This document shows positions 12,968 through 24,700 of a stretch of DNA of 64,000 nt, piece by piece (position 1 is the stretch's first letter; every line of letters starts with the position of its first letter). The stretch covers positions 186,001-250,000 of the forward strand of contig CM074804.1 of the NCBI GenBank assembly GCA_037447605.1, written 5' to 3'. Under the pieces are notes generated by a model. The model did not search any database. It saw nothing but the letters and a program-made list of their open reading frames with translations, and had not been told where the DNA came from. The stretch is from Zygnema circumcarinatum SAG 698-1b (taxonomy: Eukaryota; Plantae; Zygnematophyceae). Position numbers and translations under genes: made by a program.

Positions 12968-14485
12968 TCAATCCAACCAGTACCTCTCCTTGGCTCTCCT
13001 CTCATCTCTCTTAGCGTCGTCCTGCATCAAAGGCCCCATGCCTCCTCCTGCGTACTTAACAGCTTGCAATGCTTGCTTCAGGAGAACACTCTCCGTACGA
13101 AATTTACGCAACTGAAAGGCACAAGCAGGAAAAGGACTTGCAAACGAGGAATTGAGCTCCTTGAAAGTTGAACCCCCCTTCAAGCAGCACCTGACAACTT
13201 CACGACTGGGGGCAGTGGTTCGAGGTGACTCACATGAGCAATGAATCCTATCTTCTCCTTCGCGTCGAGTAACTTCTTCCATGTCCTCGCGATCCCCATC
13301 TGGTTATCAGCAAGGGCAAACAGTACTCCCACTGAGCACATCCTTGAAGAGTGAATGCTCCAATCCCTAAAAAATGAAGGCAACTGCGTAAGCATTCTTT
13401 TCCACGTGCAGATAAGAACTCTGAGCATCACGAAATCTTATTTCCTTGACTGATAACAGAGTGCAACAATTTCACCAACAAGGGATTTAATGTAGTAATC
13501 ACTAACTAGCCCACCTGGAGGTCCTTATTTTTGGCGGTCTTGGTCCATATGGCCACTCTGTCTTGCTTTGCACGAATGGAAACGACAGCACCACAGATAT
13601 CCTCACCTCCCTCAAATTGCTCTCCGATCATAGCCAGAACCTGCCGCCAAAGACCCCAAATACTTTGACATGCATAACAGCACTACAACACTGTCGAATC
13701 GCAAGAAATCCACAAAAAAAAAAAAAAAAAAAAAAGAAAAAAACCATACACTAGATGTCGCCTTGCAGAGTGGCAATAGACGGAGGCCGCGTACCGTATG
13801 TAGCCATAACGTGTCCAGCTTTTCTCTCCGTACATGCAGAGTCCACTTCCCTCCACCAGCACACGTCGGATCTTCCCACTTTGGTTCAATTCCTTTCTTG
13901 AAACAATGGAAGTCGGCACCGTGTGGCAGGCGACTGGGCGTGAGAATGTTGCAGTAAAGGCTGCAAAATTTGAAACAAACTGCACACTCACATAATTAAA
14001 GCGACACGATTGACGATTATTGCAGTTGAAATGTAAGGCTGCACATCAAACGGGTGATCTTCCCAGCGTTATTTCTACGCAAGGAATTCTTCTCTTTCTT
14101 CTTCTTCTACTTCTCTTTAATTCTATCGCATTAGAAATAACGCTGGCATCTGAGAAAGAATTCACCCTTCAATCGAGCTCATGGTGTTATTTCTCAGCTG
14201 TCCTGTAAGGCTGCTCAGGATCACATACCACCAGAAGTCCTCCGCTGTAGAGTAGGAATAGACCTCTCGCAGGGATTTCCCCCAGCTCTGCTTCTGCCGC
14301 GCGTTCGGATTATCAAACCAGAAAGCCCATGCGTTCTCTAACTCGTGAAACTTTGGACTTTGAAAAGCGCTCTTGCCTCTGCTCCCTGGCGTCACTGCCC
14401 CTCCACCTCCCGGCTCCTCCTCGCGCTGCGCGCCTCGCTCGGCAACATCGGAAGCAGAAAACTGCAAACTGCCGGGCACTGCCAT
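12968..14485 (-). CDS. eIF4E: Eukaryotic translation initiation factor 4E (cap-binding), complete, 5 exons, 222 aa
   Basis: Exons 14485-14229, 13960-13795 (166 nt), 13640-13515 (126 nt), 13299-13234 (66 nt), 13021-12968, all GT-AG, total 669 nt. Encodes [14 protein letters not shown]...EDFWCLYCNI...[18 protein letters not shown]...[31 protein letters not shown]...GFIAHDDAKR. The internal 166/126/66 exon sizes are those typical of plant eIF4E genes. Confidence 0.97.
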
Positions 14486-14546
14486 ACACGCATCGCACGG
14501 TGCTCGCTCGGACCACAGACCAAGATACAAAAATGCCTCCGCCGCG

Positions 14547-14609
<63 letters not shown>

Positions 14610-14849
14610 CCTGAAATGCGCTATACTAGGTCTAAGAGACACATGCAAAATTTTTGCATGGGTTTGCCGACGCCAGCAATTCTGCACTCGAATCTGAGCC
14701 TTCCCTTCTTCCCTCGTCCGACCGAGTGAGTGAGGGATTCAGTCATTCAGCTAGTCAGTCATTCATTCAGTCAGTAAGTCACTGAGCTAGTCAAGCAGTC
14801 AGTTAGTCCGTCAAACAGTTAGTCAGCCAGCCAGTCCAGCCAAGATAAG

Positions 14850-15010
14850 CCCACCCACGTAGGCATCTCTTTGTCGCGCCTGCCCACGTGGCATCTCTTT
14901 GTCGCGTCTCTTGTCAGGTCTGCCCACGTGGCGACCACGTGACGACTCGTCCTGTTTGTGAAAAGCCCGCACGGGGAGGACGCCAGGTCAGTGCCACGTC
15001 GCTGCCACGT
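14850..15010. promoter_or_regulatory. G-box/ABRE-like (CACGTG, ACGTGGC) cluster upstream of eIF4E
   Basis: Three CACGTG and three further CCACGT cores in ~160 bp, partly within a short duplicated motif (cccacgt.gcatctctttgtcgcg). Function is inferred. Confidence 0.45.
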
Positions 15011-15483
15011 CGGAGCCAAGTCTTCGTCTGGTGCTACAGTTGCAAGGCGGCGGGCGGCGGGCGGCTAGCGGCCGGCGGGGGCTGCAGCATATTTCCGAGC
15101 GAGGCGAGTCGAGGGCGACGGGCGGGGAGTGTTGATGTATACATGAAGATGTTGGTACCTAGTTCCTAGCATGAATGTTGTCCGGGACATCGATGGTGTT
15201 GGTATAGGGACAATGTCCATGCATGGGACGGTCATGTTTGGTGTAGGACCGAACATGAGGGGTGCCCGTTTAATTTAGGGCACGATACGGCAGGTCTAGG
15301 GAAGGTCTAGGGTCGTAGGTTTGCGGCCTAGACTTAGACCGTACCAAACGGGGTGCGCCGAATGCGCCTGAACGGGAGAACAACTGTACGGACGTCGCGG
15401 AAGTATACGGACGCGGAGATTTGGGGGAGAGAGGCGGATTTGCGCGAAGCGACATGATTTTTTTTGGAGGCGAAAAAAAATTA

Positions 15484-16233
15484 CAGTGTCCTTTTTCTGA
15501 ATGTAGTGTACGTTTTAGCCGGGCAGAAAAAAAAGGATTTTTTTTGCGAAAAATGCTGTTTCATACTTTTCAGAATAGATACAGACCTTTTTCGTCGGGT
15601 GTACGGATGGTGATTTGAAATGTACGAAGCGCGCGCGTCTACAAGGTATAAGGGAGCAACACGTGGAGCGACATGATTGGTCGTGGCAACATATGACGTG
15701 GCAAGTATGTTTGGGGCCGTGACGTGACGAAACGAGACGCGAAAAAAGTGGAGTCCGCGGACGGCAGTCGGAAATGGCGGGAATTAAAACTGACAGATTT
15801 TTCCTGAAACACGCTACGTTATGTGCCCTATCTTTTTCTGTCAGTTTTAATTCCCGCCATTTCCGACTGCCGTCCGCGGACTCCACATTTTTCGCGTCTC
15901 GTTTCGTCACGTCACGGTCCCAAACATACTTGTCACGTCATATGTTGCCGCGACCAATCATGTCGCTCCACGTAATGCGCCCTTATAGCTTATAGACGCG
16001 CGCGCTTCGTACATTCAAATCACCAAGCGTACATCCGACGAAAAAAGGTCTGTATCTATTCTGAAAAGTATGGAATAGCATTTTTCGCAAAAAAAATCAT
16101 TTTTTTTGCTGCCCGGAGAAAACGTACACTACATTCAGAAAAAGGACACTAGGGCGTGTCAGACTTAACAAAATGTAACGAATATCGAGTTTTTAGTATT
16201 ACGAGAATTTTTTAAGTCTGACACGCCCTACTA
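15484..16233. mobile_element. Near-palindromic MITE (Tc1/mariner-like ends), ~314 bp inverted arms with 39 nt loop
   Basis: 15484-15797 is the reverse complement of 15837-16150 with few mismatches. Left end TA|CAGTGTCC. Right end GGACACT[insert]A|TA once the nested element is removed. Confidence 0.85.
16151..16229. mobile_element. 79 bp mini-MITE nested in the last bases of the larger MITE
   Basis: Perfect 18 bp TIR AGGGCGTGTCAGACTTAA/TTAAGTCTGACACGCCCT. Flanks read as an ACT (3 bp) or TA duplication. Confidence 0.8.
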
Positions 16234-16825
16234 TAAATAGTCGTCCCCTTTTTTTTTTGAATCGCGACAGCGCGCAAATCGCGTCTGTGCGTGACGTGAC
16301 GCATGGTGAGGCAATGTCGGTGGAGAGAATTTGAGATGCGGAGCTGATTGGTCGCGGCGTGAGTGCGGAGCGCTGAAGTTGCGACACATGGCGCGACGGA
16401 TGGACTTCAATGGTAGTGCGCGAAGCGGCCGCGTGAAGCCTCAGTGGTACCGCTTCGGAATGTCGGCAAGGAATCAGATGGCGCCACGTGGAGCACGTTG
16501 TAGTGGGTCCACGGGTCTGAGCGGACGACAGGATGGACTGATCGAGTTGCAGCGCCGCTGTTTGCCCAAGGGAGGTAGCGATCTTTGGCAACAGTATAAC
16601 GGCACACCAGGCTACAAAAGAAATAAACGCATGCGCTAGTTCCACAGCGAGGTGGAAGCCTGCAAATTGCTCAACATGCAGCGCTTGCAGGAAGTGACCG
16701 AATTTCTGAAGCCCAAGCTTCCGCATGGATGAGGTACTGCTTTTCTTCTCCCTTCTCCCGCTTTTCCTCTAAATCTCCCCCCCTATGCCTTAAGAGAAAT
16801 TTAAGAAAAAGTCAAAGTCTAAGTC

Positions 16826-17302
16826 AAAGTCGATGGCATGAATGACGCATGGCACGGTATTGATGCTTGGCATGCAATTAGACGCTTTTGAAGTTATGAT
16901 TTCTTAAGGAAAACTATATACCGCCCCCCTTTTTTGGTTATCCCGCCACTGTTTTTTTGAAATCCGACCCTTCCATTTCGGCTATTCTGCCCCCTGTTTT
17001 GAAATATCCCGCCCCCCCCATTTTGGATATTCCCCCCCTTTTTCTCCTTCTCACACATCAGCGCAACGTTCGTTCGAGAGAGAGAGGAAAGGAGAGTCTC
17101 TCTCCTTTGCTCTCTCCTTTGCTCTCTCCTCTAGTCTCTCTCTCCTTTGCTCTCACTCTACTCACTCTCTCTCTCTCCTTTGCTCTCTCCTCTGCTCATT
17201 CTCTCTCTCCTCCTTTGCTCTCTCCTCTGCTCTCTCTCTCTCCTCCTTGCTCTCTCCTCTCTCTCTCCTCTATACTCTCTCTCCTCGGCTCTCGCTCCTT
17301 TG

Positions 17303-17358
<56 letters not shown>

Positions 17359-18623
17359 TTCTCCCTTTCCTCTCTTCACCCTCCTTCTGTTTTCCTGCCT
17401 TCTCCTTTTGTTCTCACTGCCGAGAGAGAGTAGGGGAGAGAAAGACTAGAGGAGAGAGAGCAGAGGAGAGAGAGAGAGAGAAAGAGAGAGAGAGAAATAG
17501 AGAGAGAGAGAAGAGAGAGCAAGCTATCAAGCCAACCATTACATCATGACAGACCTTCACACCCACCAAAAGAAAAAGGATAAAAAGAGAATAAAAAGTT
17601 CCTAAATATAGAAAAACTCGCAAACCGAGAGGAAGAAGGGAAGGGAGGGGTGGGCAAGGGAGGGGAGGGGAGGGAAGGGGAGGGGAGGGGAGGGGAGGGG
17701 AGGGGAGGGGAGGGCAGGGAGGGAAGGGGAGGGAGGGGAGGGGCGAGGACGGGAGGGGAGGGCAGGGAAGGGGAGGGAAGGGGAGGGGGAGGGGAGGGGG
17801 GGCAGGGGAGGGGGGGGAGGGGGGAGGGGAGGGGCGAGGACGGGAGGGGAGGGAAGGGGAGGGAAGGGGAGGGGGAGGGGAGGGGGAGGGCAGGGAAGGG
17901 GAGGGGCGAGGACGGGGAGGGCAAGGGAGGGGAGGGGAGGGAGGGAGGGAGGGAGGGAGGGAAGGGGAGGGGAGGGAGGGGGAGGGGAGGGAGGGAGGGA
18001 GGGCAAGGAGGGAGGGGCGAGGACGGGAGGGAGGAGGGAGGGAGGGAGGGAGGGAAGGGGAGGGAAGGGAGGGGAGGGGAGGGGAGGGCAAGGGAGGGGA
18101 GGGCAGGGGAGGGGAAGGGAGGGGAGGGGAGGGCAAGGGAGGGGAGGGCAGGGGAGGGGAAGGGAGGGGAGGGGAGGGCAAGGGAGGGGAGGGGCTAGCG
18201 AATGGGAGGGCGGGAAAGAATATTCAAAGAAGTGTTCTCCCCAGTATTCAAATGGGGTGGGAGAAGACCTAAATGGGGAGGGTCAATTTCAAAAACAGCT
18301 GTATAACCAAAAAAGGGGGGCGGTATATAGTTCTCCTTTCTTTAAGGCAGAAGCTTTCTTGGCCCAGCCGTGGTCCAAGTTGCAAGTAACAACAAAAGAG
18401 AAGCCCTCGCACACAAAGGGAAATCACATGCACATGGCCAACAACAATAACGACAACGACAACACAGGAAACCACGAGGAACCAACTGCTCATAAGGACC
18501 CAAGGACAAAGAAATCCATGCAAAGTTCCTTGTGAGAAAGTCAAAGATAGTTACAGTTACTGTCAAAGTTGCAGTTACTACGACATGTGAGCAAGGTCCT
18601 ACGCCGTTCTTTGAAGAGTCAAA
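16826..18623 (+). repeat. ~370 bp dispersed repeat (split by the MULE at 16908-18336), paralogous to 41837-42230
   Basis: aaagtc.atggcatgaatgacgcatggcacggtattgatgctt...gaagttatgatt and cccagccgtggtc.aagttgcaagtaacaacaaaagagaagccctcgcacacaa...ttctttgaagagtcaaa are shared in direct orientation. Confidence 0.9.
16908..18336. mobile_element. Non-autonomous Mutator-like element (MULE) carrying only microsatellites
   Basis: ~55 bp TIRs GGA(A/G)AACTATATACCGCCCCC(C)TTTTTTGGTTAT...TGTTTTTGAAAT. Degenerate ~9 bp TSD (ATTTCTTAA / TTTCTTTAA). An empty site is present in the paralogous repeat at ~41905-41920. Interior is (CT)n, (GA)n and a (GGGGA)n array at 17630-18195. Confidence 0.8.
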
Positions 18624-18647
18624 AATTCATACCAATTCTGCCTGTGG

Positions 18648-18980
18648 TGGCTTAAGTTTTCTTCGGACACATCTCTTAGTCACATTCCACTCTTCTCCGC
18701 CTTTTGCAATATGATCCATAGCAGGCAGGTCACTCCCTTGACGTGGGCGGCTCAGGGGGAAGAAGAGGAGGGAGAGGAAGGGTAGCAACTATGGCCATGG
18801 GTCAGGGGCGGGTGGGAACAGCCATGAATGGAGTGGCGGTGGGAATAGCACAAGGTAGCAGTCATATGGGTGTATCCACTATGGGGAGCCTCCGTCCTAA
18901 TGCCGTGCCTCAAGTTATGCTGGCTTACCTTAAACATATGTGGTCGTTAAGAGGGTAGACCACAAGGCGACAAGCGTTTC
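18648..18980 (+). pseudogene. TOR: TOR FAT-domain fragment, inverted copy of ~50395-50766
   Basis: Translates ...MAMGQGRVGTAMNGVAVGIAQGSSHMGVSTMGSLRPNAVPQVMLAYLKHMWSLRG* versus intact TOR MAMGQVGVGAAMNGVAVGIAQGSSHMGASTMGSLRTNAVPQVMLAYLKHMWSLGG. Has a 16 nt deletion, substitutions and a stop. Confidence 0.95.
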
Positions 18981-19090
18981 AACACCACAAAGGGACTTTT
19001 ATCGTTTCTTTACATATTTGTTCTTTGAAATTAACAAACATAACGAAGAATGAAAAGAAGTGAGGGCCCAACGTTGGTCGGTGTCACCAA

Positions 19091-20316
19091 CAAGAGGTAC
19101 TTGGAGCCTCTCGTCATACATATGGCAACCGATAATACGTTCACTGTTTTAACTTTCTGAAAAAAAAAAATCAGGAATGAAAACTTATCTATGACTGTTT
19201 TGTGTGTCTAAGGAGAACTAAAATCCTATCGGCCAAATGTATATGCTACATGAACATCCATTCTTAGGTCGCTGTGTAAAATGATTAACATTGCTGTCTG
19301 GGCAATTAGAGGCAATGGATGATACTGTAAACCAACTCCTCCCCCTCCCCCTACTTTTGCTTTTCTTTAATTTTTTCCATGCGATGATAAGTACAGATTC
19401 TAGTGCAAGTCTGTAGGGGACTTTTAAAGTGTGGACTATGATTAATAAAAGAGGTTTGCTACAGTCTCCAAAAGTTGCATCTTGTTTGTAAAGTAGTCTT
19501 GCACGTCTACCGTAAATATCACAACACTCGCTTCTATGTTGTTCATGCAACCTAATGTAATAGTGTTGCATACATGCACATGTTCGCACGTTAGCCCACT
19601 AAAGTTAGCAGCTTGAAGAGCTTATTGATGGTCGGTAACAACACGACTAACCCTATGGGCTTGCCTCCCTCGACCTTGGCCTTTGCCCCCCTCAACCTTG
19701 CCCACCTTTAACTTTAATTTTAACCCTATAGCTTGCACCCCTCGCCTTGCCCCCCTCGGCCTTTCCCACCTCGACCTCCACCTTGCCCAACTCTAACTCT
19801 AACACTAACCCTAATCCTAACCTTATGGGCTTACCCCCCTCGGCCTTGGCCTTTGCCCCCCTTGACCTTAGCCCCCTTGGCCTTGCCCACCTCAGCTTTG
19901 CCTCTCGTCACCCTTCCCTCTCTCGGCCTTGCCTCCCTCAGCCTTAACCCCTTCTAACTCTAACCCTAACCTTATAGGCTTACTTCCCTCAGGCCGTAGC
20001 CTTTGCCCCACTCGACCTTGCCCCCCTCGACCTTGGACTTTGCCCCCCTCGGCCTTGCTCCCCTCGGCCTTGCCCACCTCGGCCTTGCCCACCTTTAATT
20101 CTAAGACAACAATGTTAATCATTCTACACAACGACCTAAGAATAGATGCTCATACAACATATGCACTTGGCCAATAAGATTTGAATACTCCTTAAACACA
20201 CACAACAGTTACAAATAAATCTACATTCATTCCTAATTTTATTTTTCAGAAAATTAAAACAGTAAACATATTCTCGATTGCCATATGTATGACAACAACC
20301 CTTCAAGTACCTCTTG
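19091..20316. mobile_element. Old element with ~220 bp inverted terminal arms (MULE/foldback-like); no TSD found
   Basis: 19091-19310 matches the reverse complement of 20095-20316 (caagaggtactt...gtcatacatatggcaa...ttcttaggtcg.tgtgta.aatgattaacattg), roughly 80% by eye. Confidence 0.7.
19640..20095. repeat. Degenerate copy of the GC-rich/telomere-like satellite
   Basis: ctaaccctatgggcttgcctccctcgaccttggcctttgcccc... Same modules as 21719-25510 but with many transitions (cgg>cga/cag, ccc>ctt). Confidence 0.85.
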
Positions 20317-20526
20317 CAGCAACAAGTCCACCACCATGCGAGCATCTTGCCACCATGCGCACATCTCGCCGTTCCTTGTGCTGCAAGAAACCATGTAACC
20401 CATCTCTCCCTCCTTCCCTCCCCCCTTGGCCTTCCCCTCTCTCGGAAACTTGGCCTTCCCCCCTCTCGGAAAGGCTTACCTGCACTGGCGCGCACTCCCC
20501 TCCGTTGGCGCGCTAAAAAGAGAAGC

Positions 20527-21718
20527 ACAATAGTGAAACATATACACTGAAATTCCTCCAAATCCTATCCTGCTCAGTGTTGTTCCAAAGGCATATTCAC
20601 TGCAGATTCATTCATTCTATTAAAGAGAGTCCAAAAATACACCTCCGATGGCAGAGGTTCCTTCAGCTCTATAGATGAAGAGGGGGTTCAGAGAGTCACC
20701 TCGTCAAGCAGAGAATCAATTACGGATTCATTATCCACAAAGCTCCGCAGAGGGTCTCTCAAGTACTGCATATCCCACCCGCTATGAAACCCGCTTCTGC
20801 CAAATGTCTCGAGACTCACGCACTCTTGGAATGTCTTCAGGCACATCTTCACCACTGTGGAAACAACCCATGTCTGCAGGACAGCGGCGAGCAAAACCTC
20901 AAAAGCTCTTCAGTAAAAGCATATACATGAACGTGATTACAATTCAGGGGCATTTCCATCAAAACTCCTCAAAATTCAGAATGGTACAATCTCAAATTAG
21001 GTGTGCAAGCCTATCCAGGTCACAATGCAAGACCTGGGACTGCCACCTAAATGTATAGCAAAAGGACGCACCACAGCAAGACACTTCATCAGAAGTCAGC
21101 AATGCTTATTGATTTGTGATAATCACAAGGCAACTTTACATAACACAAAACAGATCGAGATGACTGTTCAAAAAACAAAGCTCTACCACATCTTTCTTTT
21201 TCTTACGTTCGACTCACATTCTTTGAAAAAAGTCCCGGCTATTGCTAGCCTGGCCATCATGTACATGTTCAGCAATTGCTTTTAACTCGAGCTTTGTGAA
21301 AAGCTGCACTCACTAAGTGAACACGTTTGCAACATCCCTCTGCAAAAGTCGATAAGAGTGCTTACCACAACCACATGTTGTCAAGAACATGTGCGCTCAC
21401 AGTCATGCTCAAACCCAAAATCACTGAAACTCTACAACTCTAAGACCCCTGAAACCGAAAACCACTAAAACACTACCAAAGAGTCAGGGATCCTTGAACC
21501 CTACAGTCTTCAAAACAAACTCAACATAGAAACCCAGAAGTCCATAAATCTAAATGAAACGCAGGAACCCTAAGACCCTCACACCCTGAACCCCTAAATG
21601 CGTTCCTCTTGCGTGGCCTCAGCGATCTTGGTGGATTGCTTTCATCAGGCAGCGCGGAGCTGTCAAGAGTAGCAAATATCTTTTTTTCATCATAGGTCAC
21701 ACTTTGAAAGCCCCCTAC
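20527..21718 (-). pseudogene. VPS51: VPS51 (GARP subunit) 3' gene fragment with introns, copy A
   Basis: Exon 20873-20700 reads TWVVSTVVKMCLKTFQECVSLETFGRSGF..DMQYLRDPLRSFVDNESVIDSLLDE|gt. An upstream exon reads RDVANVFT**VQLFTKLELKQ. Both match the remembered VPS51 C-terminus (LAKLFKQKVEIFTKVEFTQ-ESVVTTIIKLCLKSLQEYVRLQTFNRSGFQQIQLD). Stops and indels are present. Confidence 0.85.
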
Positions 21719-24700
21719 AGACTCAGGGCAAAGTGAAACTAGCTTCTCCGCCCTCCCCTTTATAGGGGGGGGCTCCCTTGGCCTTGGCCTTGCCCCCCTC
21801 GGCCTTGCCCCCCTCGGACTTGGCCCCCCTCGGCCTTTGGCCACCCTCAGCCTTGGCCTTGCCCCCCTCGGCCTTGCCCCCCTCGGCCTTGCCCCCCTCG
21901 GCCTTGCCCCCCTCGGCCTTGCTCACCTCTAACTCTTAAACCTAACCCTAATCCTAACCTATGGGCTTGCCTCCCTCGGCCTTGGCCCCTCGGCCTTTGG
22001 CCACCCTCAGCCTTGGCCTTGCCCCCCTCGGCCTTGCCCCCCTCGGCCTTGCTCACCTCTAACTCTTAACCCTAACCCTAATCCTAACCTATGGGCTTGC
22101 CTCCCTCGGCCTTAGCCTGGCCACCATCAGCCATGGCCTTGCCCCCCTCGGCCTTGCCCCCCTCGGCCTTGCACCCCTCGGCCTTGGCCCCCTCGGCCTT
22201 TGCCCCCCTCGGCCTTGCCCACTCGGCCTTGCCCCACTCGGCATTGCCCCCTTTTAACCCTAACCCTAACCCTGATCCTAACCCTAAAAAAAAAAAAAGA
22301 AAAAAAAAAAGGGGGGGAGGAGAAGAACCTTACCTGCACTGGCGCGCACTTCCCACTTCTCCGCCCTCCCCTTTATAGGGGGGGGCTCCCTCGGCCTTGG
22401 CCTTGCCCCCCTCGGCCTTGCCCCCCTCGGACTTGGCCCCCCTCGGCCTTTGGCCACCCTCAGCCTTGGCCTTGCCCCCCTCGGCCTTGCCCCCCTCGGC
22501 CTTGCCCACCTCTAACTCTAAACCTAACCCTAATCCTAACCTATGGGCTTGCCTCCCTCGGCCTTGGCCTTTGCCCCCCTCGGCCTTGCCCACCTCTAAC
22601 TCTAAATCTAACCCTAATCCTAACCTTTGGGCTTGCCTCCCTCGGCCTTGGCCTTTGCCCCCCCTCGGCCTTGCCTCCCTCGGCCTTGCCTCCCTCGGCC
22701 TTGCCCCCCTCGGCCTTGCCCACCTGGGCCTTGCCCCCTCGGCCTTGCCCACCTCTTACTCTAACCCTAACCCTAATCCTAACCAATGGGCTTGCCTCCC
22801 TCGGCCTTGGCCTTTGCAACCCTCGGCCTTACCCTCCTCGGCCTTGCCCCCCTCGGCCTTGCCCCCCTCGGCCTTGCCCCCATCGGCCTTGCCCCCCTCG
22901 GCCTTGCCCCCCTCGGCCTTGCCCCCCTCGGCCTTGCTCACCTCTAACTCTTAACCCTAACCCTAATCCTAACCTATGGGCTTGCCCCCTCCCTTGGCCT
23001 TGCCCCCCTTGGCCTTGCCCCCCTTGGCCTTGCCCCCCTCGGCCTTGCCCCCCTCGGCCTTGCTCACCTCTAACTCTAAACCTAACCCTAATCCTAACCT
23101 ATGGGCTTGCCTCCCTCGGCCTTGGCCTTTGCCCCCCTCGGCCTTAGCCTGGCCACCATCAGCCATGGCCTTGCCCCCCTCGGCCTTGCCCCCCTCGGCC
23201 TTGCACCCCTCGGCCTTGGCCCCCTCGGCCTTTGCCCCCATTGGACTTGCCAACTCGGCCTTGCCCCACTCGGCATTGCCCCCTTTTAACCCTAACCCTA
23301 ACCCTGATCCTAACCCTAAAAAAAAAAAGAAAAAAAAAAAAAAAGGGGGGGAAGGAGAAGAACCTTACCTGCACTGGCGCGCACTTCCCACTTCTCCGCC
23401 CTCCCCTTTATAGGGGGGGGCTCCCTCGGCCTTGGCCTTGCCCCCCTCGGCCTTGCCCCCCTCGGCCTTGGCCCCCTCGGCCTTTGGCCACCCTCGGCCT
23501 TGGCCTTGGCCTTGCCCCCCTCGGCCTTGCCCCCCTCGGCCTTGGCCCCCTCGGCCTTGGCCCCCTCAGCCTTGGCCTTGCCCCCTTGCTCGGCCTTGCC
23601 CCCCTCGGCCTTGCTCACCCTCTAACTCTTAACCCTAACCCTAATCCTAACCTATGGGCTTGCCTCCCTCGGCCTTAGCCTGGCCACCATCAGCCATGGC
23701 CTTGCCCCCCTCGGCCTTTGGCCACCCTCAGCCTTGGCCTTGCCCCCCTTGGCCTTGCCCCCCTCGGCCTTGCCCCCCTCGGCCTTGCCCCATCGGCCTT
23801 GCCCACCTCTAACTCTAAACCTAAGCCTAATCCTAACCTATGGGCTTGCCTCCCTCGGCCTTGGCCTTGCCCCCCTCGGCCTTGGGCCCCCCCTCGGCCT
23901 TGGCCCCCCGGCCTTGCCCCCTCGGCCTTGCCCACCTCTAACTCTAAACCTAACCCTAATCCTAACCTATGGGCTTGCCTCCCTCGGCCTTAGCCTGGCC
24001 ACCATCAGCCATGGCCTTGCCCCCCTCGGCCTTGCCCCCCTCGGCCTTGCACCCCTCGGCCTTGGCCCCCTCGGCCTTTGCCCCCATTGGACTTGCCAAC
24101 TCGGCCTTGCCCCACTCGGCATTGCCCCCTTTTAACCCTAACCCTAACCCTGATCCTAACCCTAACAAAAAAAAAGGAAAAAAAAAAAGGGGGAAGGAGA
24201 AGAACCTTACCTGCAATGGCGCGCACTTCCCACTGTTGGCGTGCTGAAAAGAGAAGCGAACTTAGGGCAGAGTGAAACTAGCTTCTCCGCCCTCCCCTTT
24301 ATAGGGGGGGGCTCCCCTGGCCTTGGCCTTGCCCCCCTCGGCCTTGCCCCCCTCGGACTTGGCCCCCCTCGGCCTTGCCCCCCTCGGCCTTGCCCCCCTC
24401 GGGCCTTGCCCCCCTCGGCCTTGCCCCCCTCGGCCTTGCCCACCTCTAACTCTAAATCTAACCCTAATCCTAACCTTTGGGCTTGCCTCCCTCGGCCTTG
24501 GCCTTTGCCCCCCCTCGGCCTTGCCTCCCTCGGCCTTGCCTCCCTCGGCCTTGCCCCCCTCGGCCTTGCCCACCTGGGCCTTGCCCCCTCGGCCTTGCCC
24601 ACCTCTTACTCTAAATCTAACCCTAATCCTAACCTTTGGGCTTGCCTCCCTCGGCCTTGGCCTTTGCCCCCCCTCGGCCTTGCCTCCCTCGGCCTTGCCT

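Noticed and set aside
16330-16740. Degenerate ORF-like segment (ELQRRCLPKGGSDLWQQYNG...)
   Set aside because: Interrupted by stops and no family motif recognised.
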